Under the pieces are notes generated by a model, which saw only the letters and a program-made list of their open reading frames with translations, was not told the origin of the DNA and ran no database searches. Below are positions 46,794 to 55,247 of a stretch of DNA of 64,000 bases, in pieces. The position numbers and the translations under genes were made by a program. The DNA comes from Candidatus Saccharimonadota bacterium (GTDB lineage Bacteria > Patescibacteriota > Saccharimonadia > Saccharimonadales > OFTM59): the NCBI GenBank assembly GCA_029260855.1, contig JAJDCK010000014.1, positions 6,018-70,017 of the forward strand, in the 5' to 3' direction. Position 1 is the stretch's first letter. Each line of letters opens with the position of its first letter.

Positions 46794-47309
46794 TTAATAT
46801 CCCTCGGCTTTTAATCGTCCACTGCTTCGTGAATCGTCGATATACTCTTGGAAGATACCATTTGCCCAATCAAGGTAGTCCTTTATATCCTTGATTTTAA
46901 TTGCAATCTCTCCGATTATGAACTCTTCCTTGTCGAATGTTAGACGTGAAAGAAGTTTTTTATTCAAATTGAGGCTTTTATGCCGATCTTTCCTTCTATT
47001 TTCATCGTTGGAATTTGAAATGAGGTCTCTTATGTCGTGCCTAATATGGTCACGTGCCGTTTTCCAAAGTTGGTGAGAGGAATGATCAAAGTTTCCAAGT
47101 GAAAGGTATCTTCTAATGCAGTCCAGGTCTTCTAGTAAGCATGAAACTTCATGTAGTTGCATAAATACACTAGTCGTCTTCGAATACTTTTGTTGATTAA
47201 CTGCTTTTTGATAACGGTCTATCTGTAATGCTGCACCGAGTAAGTAGATCTGTAATAATAAAAACTGCCCAGAGCTGTCGAAGCTAAAATTAGCTTTATT
47301 TTCAGACAA
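46794..47309 (-). CDS. orphan protein with HEPN-type RDxxxH motif, immediately downstream of tRNA-Gln
   Basis: TTG start with AGGAGA SD 5 nt upstream. Motif TARDHIRHDIRD. Visibly AT-rich. Confidence 0.6.
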   Translation of the reverse strand: MSENKANFSFDSSGQFLLLQIYLLGAALQIDRYQKAVNQQKYSKTTSVFMQLHEVSCLLEDLDCIRRYLSLGNFDHSSHQLWKTARDHIRHDIRDLISNSNDENRRKDRHKSLNLNKKLLSRLTFDKEEFIIGEIAIKIKDIKDYLDWANGIFQEYIDDSRSSGRLKAEGY

Positions 47310-47333
47310 GTAGGTCTCCTTTGGTGCAATACT

Positions 47334-47408
47334 TGGCTGGGGCGGTAGGATTCGAACCTACGAATGCCAGTACCAAAAACTGGTGCCTTACCACTTGGCC
47401 ACGCCCCA
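47334..47408 (-). tRNA. tRNA-Gln (TTG), CCA encoded
   Basis: Hand fold: acceptor UGGGGCG/CGCCCCA (U1-A72 as in bacterial tRNA-Gln), anticodon stem CCAGU/ACUGG with loop UUUUGGU, T arm GUAGG-UUCGAAU-CCUAC. Confidence 0.93.
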
Positions 47409-47592
47409 TCGTAACAATGTGAATGTATGGTTATCAGATAGCCAGCAAAACAAGTTTACCCGATTCTATTAGCAACCACACAAAGCCTGCTCCTCTCGGA
47501 TTCATGAATCACTTCACGAACATCAAAAGACCAAGAACAGATTGATTTTACCCTACGCAGAGCAATTGAGCAACGTAGGCTATACTAAGCTT

Positions 47593-48474
47593 ATGCGTGT
47601 TATAGAGCCGAGACAATTCGAAAGTATAAAGGCCGAAAAGAAGCGTCACTCTACCAGCAAAAAGGGCAAGCGCTTGATTATTATTTTGATTCTATTAGGT
47701 GTTTCCTGCTATGGGCTAAGTATTCGTTTAGATAGATCGCAACCGGAGAAGCGACAAGCTCAGGATGAAAAAGCAACAGAAGACAGCGCCACGCAAAGTG
47801 ATGAGCCAAAAAGATTAAAAACTTTCAGTGGTGAGGAGTTCAAGAAGCTATATAGCTCCTTTGCTTATCCAAACACCCAAATGCTAACCGAAAAACCGGC
47901 AATCACCGGCAACAAACAAGCCGATGCGCGCATAAGAGAAATTGCCGAGAGCCGTGGCTACAAGCTAAGTAGCGTCCCAGTAGCAAACATTGTCAAAACT
48001 GGTGAACCGGGCCTGACAGACGATGACTTAATCCAGCCCAATGCACTTATTGCTTGGCAAGAAATGAAGGCTGCAGCGATAAAGGAAGGAATAGTGTTGC
48101 AGATGACCTCCGCCTACCGTTCGGTTGATGCTCAAATGGCGCTTTTTGTGCGCAGGATGAACAATGACGGCGTGTACGAAGAAAGCGTGGCGGCGGGTTT
48201 CGTGGATGACCGAGTAATTAAGCTATTGACCCGAGCTGCACCTCCAGGTTACTCCAGGCATCATACAGGTTACACCGTTGACCTGGCTTGCGATGGTATT
48301 GGCCTTGACGCATTTAAAACAACGAGCTGCTATAGTTGGCTGAGCAAAAACAACTACGAAAATACAAAAAAATTTGGATGGGTACCGAGCTATCCAGACG
48401 GAGCAAGTCTGCAAGGCCCTGAGCCGGAACCGTGGGAATTTATATGGGTTAGTACCTATTCGCTCTACGAGTAG
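47593..48474 (+). CDS. VanY/M15B-type D-alanyl-D-alanine carboxypeptidase, membrane anchored
   Basis: SAYRS...Q, GYSRHHTGYTVDL, EPWEF motifs. ATG 47593 with TATACT 6 nt upstream (the ORF track extends to TTG 47542). Confidence 0.8.
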   Translation: MRVIEPRQFESIKAEKKRHSTSKKGKRLIIILILLGVSCYGLSIRLDRSQPEKRQAQDEKATEDSATQSDEPKRLKTFSGEEFKKLYSSFAYPNTQMLTEKPAITGNKQADARIREIAESRGYKLSSVPVANIVKTGEPGLTDDDLIQPNALIAWQEMKAAAIKEGIVLQMTSAYRSVDAQMALFVRRMNNDGVYEESVAAGFVDDRVIKLLTRAAPPGYSRHHTGYTVDLACDGIGLDAFKTTSCYSWLSKNNYENTKKFGWVPSYPDGASLQGPEPEPWEFIWVSTYSLYE

Positions 48475-48521
48475 ATGTATGGGCTTGCAGTTTACTGAGT
48501 ATATGCCGTAGAGTTATTGCA

Positions 48522-49454
48522 ATGGCGCAGTCTGAAACAAAGAAGTCGGCAGATTTTATCATGCCGCTACATATGAACGGTTTACGTGGGCGCATGCTCA
48601 AAATGCCAATGCCTAAGAATAAACGGCGAGAGATCCTTTTAATCTATGGGCATCACGCTACTATTGAGCGATTGTATGGCTTGGCGGAATTGCTGAATGA
48701 GTTTGGCGCAGTAACTATGCCCGACTTGCCTGGCTTTGGCGGCATGGATAGTTTCTATAAGATCGGCGAGAAGCCAACTCTAGACGACTTGGCAGATTAT
48801 CTCGCCGCTTTTGTTAAGCTGCGCTATCGAGGGCGACGATTTACGATCGCCGCCTTATCGTTCGGGTTTTTGGTGGCAACTCGCATGCTACAAAAACACC
48901 CAGACATAGCCAAGAAAGTTGACCTGATTGTTAGTTTTGTTGGCTTCACGCACCATGACGAGTTTACATTTACTAGGCCGCGTTATTGGTTTTATAGGCT
49001 GCTGGCTTCAGTATTTTCCAGAAAGCTGCCCTCAATTTTTTTTCATAATATTATCCTACACCCCTTAATAATTCGTGCCTTCTATGGGCGAACACATAAC
49101 GCGAAACATAAATTTGTGAATTTGTCCGACGAAGAAAAAAAACGTGTAACAGACTTTGAGGTTCATTTATGGCGATGCAATGATTTGCGTACGCATATGT
49201 ACACATCCGTAGTCATGTTAACTGTTGATAATTGCCAGGTCAAAGTTGATGTGCCGGTTGCTCACCTGTCGGTCAAAACCGATAACTACTTTAATAACAT
49301 GGTAGTTGAACAGCACATGCAGGTAGTCTTTAGCTCATACAAACCGATACCTGTAAATATAAAGGGCCACAGCATCAGTGTGGTAGCGACTAAGCAGCAG
49401 TCCGAGCCACTTGTTCCTGCTAAGCTTCGTGCCATACTGCGCAAACATCCATGA
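48522..49454 (+). CDS. alpha/beta-hydrolase-fold protein
   Basis: ILLIYGHHAT ... PDLPGFGG ... AALSFGF layout. Confidence 0.6.
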   Translation: MAQSETKKSADFIMPLHMNGLRGRMLKMPMPKNKRREILLIYGHHATIERLYGLAELLNEFGAVTMPDLPGFGGMDSFYKIGEKPTLDDLADYLAAFVKLRYRGRRFTIAALSFGFLVATRMLQKHPDIAKKVDLIVSFVGFTHHDEFTFTRPRYWFYRLLASVFSRKLPSIFFHNIILHPLIIRAFYGRTHNAKHKFVNLSDEEKKRVTDFEVHLWRCNDLRTHMYTSVVMLTVDNCQVKVDVPVAHLSVKTDNYFNNMVVEQHMQVVFSSYKPIPVNIKGHSISVVATKQQSEPLVPAKLRAILRKHP

Positions 49455-49467
49455 TAAGATAGATAAA

Positions 49468-50583
49468 ATGAAAATCGGCCTAATTTGTCCTTATGACATA
49501 TACAAGGGAGGCGGCGTACAGGAGTGCGTCCGCGCTATGCAGTCCGAGCTATTAGGCCGCGGCCATGATGTGAAGATAATTACTCCACTGCCACGTAAGA
49601 TCGCCAAAAATCAACCGGCTAACACTATTTTCATAGGACGCTCCAGAGATATAAAATCACCCCTGCACACCACATCGCAAGTGTCTGTTAGCCTGAATAA
49701 CGACATGGTTGAGGAGGTGCTGGCGCGTGAAAAATTCGATGTATTGCATTTTCATGAGCCATGGGTGCCTGTTGTTAGCCGACAAATTTTAGCTCGCTCA
49801 ACTTCCAAAAATGTAGCTACGTTTCATGCTAAACTGCCCGAAACAGTGGTAAGCCGAACGATTGAGAAAGTCATTACACCCTATACTAAATCGGTCATAA
49901 AATATCTGGACGCTTTGACCGCAGTTTCTGAAGCGGCTGCGACCTATGTAAGCACCTTGACAGATCGGCCCATCAATATTATTCCAAATGGTATAGATCT
50001 GGGCTATTATTCGGCACAGTCAGTCACGCACCTAAGCACTAAGCCAAAGCACATTGTTTTTATAGGCCGTCTTGAGAAGCGCAAGGGTGTTAAGTATCTT
50101 TTGCAAGCATTTGCCTTGCTAGCCGAAACTCACCCTAGCGTAAAACTGACAATTGGTGGAGACGGGCCTGATCGCGCCAAGCTTGAGTTGTTAGCTAAAA
50201 ACCTGCACCTAAAAAACGTAAAGTTTGTAGGTTATATAACAGAGAAGCAAAAAAAACTTTTACATGCACAGGCTGACATACTTTGTTCACCTGCCCTTTA
50301 CGGTGAAAGTTTTGGGATTGTGCTTTTAGAGGCATTAGCGAGTGGTATCCCTATAGTTGCAGGCGATAACCCGGGATATGCTAGCGTGATGAAAGGTCTG
50401 GGTCAATTATCTATACTTGATCCAACGAACACTAATGAGTTCGCGCGTCGTTTGGAATTGTTTTTGATGAATGATAAATTACGCGAGCTGTGGCAGGACT
50501 GGGCTCTTGACTACGTCAAGCAGTTTGCGTACCCCAAAGTAGTCGATGCCTATGAAAAGCTATATCAAGGCCTTGTTAAATAG
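49468..50583 (+). CDS. GT4-family glycosyltransferase (PimA-like)
   Basis: MKIGLICPY....GGVQ, GRLEKRKG, GESFGIVLLEALASG. Confidence 0.85.
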   Translation: MKIGLICPYDIYKGGGVQECVRAMQSELLGRGHDVKIITPLPRKIAKNQPANTIFIGRSRDIKSPLHTTSQVSVSLNNDMVEEVLAREKFDVLHFHEPWVPVVSRQILARSTSKNVATFHAKLPETVVSRTIEKVITPYTKSVIKYLDALTAVSEAAATYVSTLTDRPINIIPNGIDLGYYSAQSVTHLSTKPKHIVFIGRLEKRKGVKYLLQAFALLAETHPSVKLTIGGDGPDRAKLELLAKNLHLKNVKFVGYITEKQKKLLHAQADILCSPALYGESFGIVLLEALASGIPIVAGDNPGYASVMKGLGQLSILDPTNTNEFARRLELFLMNDKLRELWQDWALDYVKQFAYPKVVDAYEKLYQGLVK

Positions 50584-50585
50584 CT

Positions 50586-51722
50586 ATGAAAATTGGTTTT
50601 GTACTTGACGACAGCCTTGATAAAACAGATGGCGTTCAGCAGTATGTTTTAACTATTGGGCGTTGGTTAAGCGAGCAGGGACACGACGTACACTATTTGG
50701 TCGGCGAGTCTAGGCGCACCGACCTGCCTAACCTGCACAGCCTAGCTCGCAATATTAATGTAAGGTTTAACAATAACCGCATGTCAACCCCCCTACCTGT
50801 TAGTAAAAAAAAGATTAGGGCGCTTCTGATACGCGAGAATTTTGATGTACTTCACGTACAAATGCCATACAGTCCATTTCTGGCAGCCAAAATAATTAAT
50901 GCAGCACCTGACTCCTGTGCAATTACGGGTACATTCCATATTATGGCTGCGAATAAATTATCAGAACTTGCAAATAGAGCTGTTCGGCTTTTTGTGTCCA
51001 GAAGTCTACGACGCTTTGACCGTGTATTTAGTGTGTCTGAGCCAACAGCGCGGTTTGCTAAACGTATCTACGGGATCGAATCGGATGTATTGCCATGCGC
51101 GGTAAATCTTGAAAATTTTTACGACGCGCGACCTCTTAAAAAATACCAAGACGACTATACTAACATCGTATTCCTGGGAAGGCTTGTAGAACGCAAGGGT
51201 TGTCATTATTTATTGTCGGCTATCAAAAGACTCCAACAAATTGAGTCTGCCCCCATAAGATTAATCATTTGCGGTCCTGGGCCACAGGAAAAGTCGCTAA
51301 GAGAATTTGTGAACAGAAACAATCTAAGTAAAATTGTGCATTTTATTGGCCAGGTTGATGAAGAAAAAGCTGAGTATTTGGCTTCGGCACATATTGCAGT
51401 TTTCCCGAGTACGGAGGGGGAAACATTCGGTATCGTGTTAGCGGAGGCTATGGCGTCTGGTAGTGAGGTTGTTATTGGTGGCGACAACCCTGGCTACCGG
51501 GCTGTGCTACAGGACAACAAAGAACACCTGATTAATCCTAAAGACACCGAGGCCTTCGCGGCGTTACTCCAGTACTACATTCGTAACCCATCAGCCCGGA
51601 TAAGTGCAAAGAAGTGGCAACAATCACTTGTTAAGCAATTTGATGTGAATGTGGTCGGAAATCGGTTTATTGCTTACTGCGGTAAAGTGGTTGCAATAAG
51701 ACAATCACGGGAGGATAATTAG
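50586..51722 (+). CDS. GT4-family glycosyltransferase
   Basis: MKIGFVLDD....DGVQQYV, GRLVERKG, GETFGIVLAEAMASG. Confidence 0.85.
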   Translation: MKIGFVLDDSLDKTDGVQQYVLTIGRWLSEQGHDVHYLVGESRRTDLPNLHSLARNINVRFNNNRMSTPLPVSKKKIRALLIRENFDVLHVQMPYSPFLAAKIINAAPDSCAITGTFHIMAANKLSELANRAVRLFVSRSLRRFDRVFSVSEPTARFAKRIYGIESDVLPCAVNLENFYDARPLKKYQDDYTNIVFLGRLVERKGCHYLLSAIKRLQQIESAPIRLIICGPGPQEKSLREFVNRNNLSKIVHFIGQVDEEKAEYLASAHIAVFPSTEGETFGIVLAEAMASGSEVVIGGDNPGYRAVLQDNKEHLINPKDTEAFAALLQYYIRNPSARISAKKWQQSLVKQFDVNVVGNRFIAYCGKVVAIRQSREDN

Positions 51723-51725
51723 CGT

Positions 51726-52826
51726 ATGAAAATTTTTGGTGGTGCTGAAAAAACAATAAGCATCACATCGGAAACAATCGCAAAGACCATTGCCCTGACT
51801 GTTGCTACTGTGTTTTTGCTCAATTTTTTTGGCGCAGTAGACCATCAGCTAAAGCTTATATTCATATCTGCGTTTTTGGCTATGGCGTTGAACCCAGCTG
51901 TTACGTGGATAACGGTCCGCCTGAAAAGTAAAAGTCGTGTTAGGGCAACCGGCTTTGCCTATATTGTCGTGCTTTCTGTATTGATCGGATTTTTAATGCT
52001 TGTCGTGCCCCCCCTGATAACTCAAACCAGTGACTTCGTACGAGACATACCACGGACTTTAGACAACTTTAAGAACCAGGACTCGGCTGTGTCCAATCTA
52101 GCTAGACGCTACAATATTGACGAGCAACTCGATAAAATCGGGGCCGACTTAAGCAATAGAACCGGTGAGCTTGCCAACCCTGTCTTGAGCACGGCTGGGC
52201 GGGCGGTCGCCACGCTGGTTTCAATTATTACGATTCTGGTGCTAACGTTTATGATGCTTATTGAAGGCCCGCTTTGGTTTGAACGTTTTTTAGCATTTCA
52301 ACCAGGCAGTAAGCGTGAGCAGCGCAAAAGGACAGCTCAGCGCATGTATAAGGTGGTAACTGGCTATGTAAACGGCCAGGTGCTAATTGCTGCAATTGCG
52401 GCGGCGTTTGCTCTCGTGACCCTGCTAATTGGCAATACCATTTTTGATGCATCTGTTAATGCGGTGGCCCTTGCTGGCATAACATTTATTTTTGGCCTCA
52501 TACCGCTTATAGGTAATATTATCGGATCAGCGGTTGTTGTTTTGATGTGTCTTTTCGCGTCCTCCGGCCTTGCCATCATGATGGCAATCTACTACTTAGT
52601 CTATCAACAGATTGAGAACGTAACTCTGCAACCGTATATCCAATCACGCAGCAACCAATTGACTCCATTAACCGTCTTTGCCGCTGCTTTACTGGGTGCC
52701 GGCTTTGGTGGATTACTTGGTGCATTGGCGGCAATACCTGTGGCAGGCTGCCTAAGAATATTGTTAGAAGAATTACTGGGCAAAAAGATGCTGTCTCGCG
52801 AAACTATTGAAAAGCCTAAAGTCTAG
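51726..52826 (+). CDS. AI-2E/PerM (UPF0118) family transporter
   Basis: 8 TM. Characteristic GYV.GQ..IA, IPLIGN.IG and the C-terminal LGA..AIP.A layout. Confidence 0.8.
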   Translation: MKIFGGAEKTISITSETIAKTIALTVATVFLLNFFGAVDHQLKLIFISAFLAMALNPAVTWITVRLKSKSRVRATGFAYIVVLSVLIGFLMLVVPPLITQTSDFVRDIPRTLDNFKNQDSAVSNLARRYNIDEQLDKIGADLSNRTGELANPVLSTAGRAVATLVSIITILVLTFMMLIEGPLWFERFLAFQPGSKREQRKRTAQRMYKVVTGYVNGQVLIAAIAAAFALVTLLIGNTIFDASVNAVALAGITFIFGLIPLIGNIIGSAVVVLMCLFASSGLAIMMAIYYLVYQQIENVTLQPYIQSRSNQLTPLTVFAAALLGAGFGGLLGALAAIPVAGCLRILLEELLGKKMLSRETIEKPKV

Positions 52827-54183
52827 ACCAAATCGGCCCGTGCGCTGTATCGTGTACCGCTAGGCCCTGCCCCTCTAACTCTTCACGCAACATATCTGAT
52901 TTCACCCAGTCATTTTTGGCTCTGGCGCTTTCACGTTCCTGGACGAGAACTTTTTGCGCTGCTGTTATGTCTGAACGCTCAGATAGTTTTAGTCCTAAAA
53001 CACTATCCAACCATATCAAGAATCGCCCAAAGGCCTCTTGACTTGATGTGCTAATACCGTCCCTGCTAATCTTGCCTTCAAGTTTGCTTAGTGTAGCAAG
53101 TGCTTGGGCGACATTAAGGTCTTCAGCGAGTGCAGCATGAATACTGGCCTTAGATTGCGCGATAAGGCTAGACTGATTAGTGTTGGCCGTGCTGCTCTGC
53201 CATTTGTGATCTGCCATAAATCGTAATGAGTTTAGACGATTTGCGGCAGCGTCTAGATTGGCCCAGCTGAAATTGATTGGCGACCTGTAATGTGTCTGTA
53301 GCATCAGTAAACGTAAAGCCATTGGGTCGTAGCTTTTTGCTAGTACATCACGAATGGTAACAAAATTGCCCATGCTTTTGCCCATACGTGTTCCGTCTAC
53401 TGTAAGAAAGCCGCCATGCACCCAATACTTTACAAAAGGTACCTTGCCAGAAGCAGACTCCATCTGAGTAATTTCGGCCTCATGGTGAGGAAATATTAGG
53501 TCCACTGCCGCACCGTGGATGTCATACTGTGGCCCAAAATGGTGTTCTGTGATGGCGGTATCTTCAATATGCCAGCCTGGCCTACCTCGCCCAAAAGGCG
53601 CGTCCCACTCTGGCTCACCAGGCTTTGAAAACTTCCAAAGACAGAAGTCGTTCCAGCCTTTCTTCTCGTCACTATGGTCAATGCGCGTTTGAGCGTCGTC
53701 CTTTTGCACGTTAGTTCTACCTGACAGTTTCCCGTAACCAGGGAATGAAGAAACTTCATAGTAAATGCCGTCGTTAATCCTATAAGCATGATCCTTATCC
53801 ATAAGTACCTGAACTTGGCGAATAATATCGTCTATGTAGTCCGTGGCTCTTGCGTACTCTGTGACAGACGTATTATTTAAGGCCTCCATATCCCTCTTGT
53901 ACGCGACTTCGTAGCAATTACGTAGCTCCTCCCACCCAACGTTTTTTTCTTGTGCGCGGGCGATAATTTTGTCGTCGATGTCCGTAATATTTTGTAGGTA
54001 AAACACCTCATATGCATGATCACGCAAAACCCTGGCGAGTAGATCCATTTGAGTGTAAGTCTTAGCGTTGCCTAGCTGGGCAAAATCATAGACAGTAGGG
54101 CCACAAACGAACAAATTAACTTTGTCTGACTGCCTCGGCTTAAAATTCTCAACCCTGCGCGCGAGTGTGTTGTATAGTTTCAT
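52816..54183 (-). CDS. cysS: cysteinyl-tRNA synthetase homolog with degenerate signature motifs
   Basis: Collinear with E. coli CysRS as I recall it (FVCGPTVYD, NITDIDDKII, GRPGWHIE, DIHG...DL.FPHHE.E, MGKSMGNF). However HIGH is QLGN, KMSKS is RMGKS, and WHIEC is WHIED. Start at ATG 54183. Confidence 0.8.
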   Translation of the reverse strand: MKLYNTLARRVENFKPRQSDKVNLFVCGPTVYDFAQLGNAKTYTQMDLLARVLRDHAYEVFYLQNITDIDDKIIARAQEKNVGWEELRNCYEVAYKRDMEALNNTSVTEYARATDYIDDIIRQVQVLMDKDHAYRINDGIYYEVSSFPGYGKLSGRTNVQKDDAQTRIDHSDEKKGWNDFCLWKFSKPGEPEWDAPFGRGRPGWHIEDTAITEHHFGPQYDIHGAAVDLIFPHHEAEITQMESASGKVPFVKYWVHGGFLTVDGTRMGKSMGNFVTIRDVLAKSYDPMALRLLMLQTHYRSPINFSWANLDAAANRLNSLRFMADHKWQSSTANTNQSSLIAQSKASIHAALAEDLNVAQALATLSKLEGKISRDGISTSSQEAFGRFLIWLDSVLGLKLSERSDITAAQKVLVQERESARAKNDWVKSDMLREELEGQGLAVHDTAHGPIWSRL

Positions 54184-55183
54184 CAGACTTACCTCCATCA
54201 ATCTTATCAAGTAAATCACTAGCAAGCTTGGTACACTCTGATTTTATCTCACTAAATAACCGACCATCAGTTATTTTAAACCCGGCTGCGTACGGATGCC
54301 CGCCGCCGCCGAAGTGTGCAGCAAGCTCGCCTGCTATCGGTGAACCATAGTTAGCGCGCAGCTTAGCGGTTATCTTGCCGTCAGGATACTGCTTAAACCC
54401 GATAGCAATGCGGGCATTCTCAGCCAGTAGCATATCTTCTATGACAAGCATGGTGGGGTTATATGCGTGGCTGTATTTCTCAATTTCTTGCCAGGGTATC
54501 GTAACGGTGGCCACCCTATTGTCCGCCAGATATTCTACGCGCTGCAGCAAGACGCCCTTGTATGTAACAAGCTCAGCAGGCCGACGCATACTTGCTCTTC
54601 TTGCGGCTTCCAGTTCAGGTATAGAAACCCCCTTTTCAACCAGCTCAGCGATTACATGAATGCTGCGTGCGGACGTCTTATCAGTCGTTAGGCCGCGACT
54701 GTCCGCCATAATGGATGTTGCAAGCATTGTCATGGCGGAATGGCTAAGTGGCCAATGAAGTTGTTTGGCAATTTCATAAATCAACTCGCCAGTAGCAACC
54801 GCCGATTCATTAATTGAATTAGTTGCAAATGATATACTTTGATCGCCTTCATGGTGATCAATGACTATGGCCGGTTTACTTTTTAGCCACATCATCTGCG
54901 CGGTCTCGGCTAGTTTGCCCAAAAGTGTCTCTGAACTGGTGTCTACAATTATTGATAGGTCAAACTGCTGCGGCAGCTCGTCGGAAACGCGGTCCCACCC
55001 AGCTAGGTATCGCAAGTAAGTCGGTATATTCACGCCACAGTACAGCCACGGCTCCTTCCCTAGATCACCAAGGATTTGCTCCAAAGCCAACGCGCTAGCC
55101 AAGCTGTCGCCATCGGGATTATCGGCTTGGATAATAACTATTTTCTGGGAACTTTCAATGAGCCCATTCACTTCGTTAATCAT
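54149..55183 (-). CDS. DHH/DHHA1 phosphoesterase (NrnA-like oligoribonuclease/pAp phosphatase)
   Basis: NPDGDSLASALAL, VIDHHEGD, GGGHPYAAG. ATG 55183 with TACAAT 7 nt upstream. 35-nt overlap with the cysS start. Confidence 0.85.
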   Translation of the reverse strand: MINEVNGLIESSQKIVIIQADNPDGDSLASALALEQILGDLGKEPWLYCGVNIPTYLRYLAGWDRVSDELPQQFDLSIIVDTSSETLLGKLAETAQMMWLKSKPAIVIDHHEGDQSISFATNSINESAVATGELIYEIAKQLHWPLSHSAMTMLATSIMADSRGLTTDKTSARSIHVIAELVEKGVSIPELEAARRASMRRPAELVTYKGVLLQRVEYLADNRVATVTIPWQEIEKYSHAYNPTMLVIEDMLLAENARIAIGFKQYPDGKITAKLRANYGSPIAGELAAHFGGGGHPYAAGFKITDGRLFSEIKSECTKLASDLLDKIDGGKSDETIQHTRAQG

Positions 55184-55211
55184 TCCTACTATTGTACTAC
55201 AATTATAATTA

Positions 55212-55240
55212 TTGCCAGCAATTGACAAACATGACATAAT
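55212..55240 (+). promoter_or_regulatory. sigma-70-type promoter with extended -10
   Basis: TTGCCA, 17 nt spacer, TGACATAAT. ATG 55248 lies 7 nt after the -10. Confidence 0.6.
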
Positions 55241-55247
55241 ATAAACA

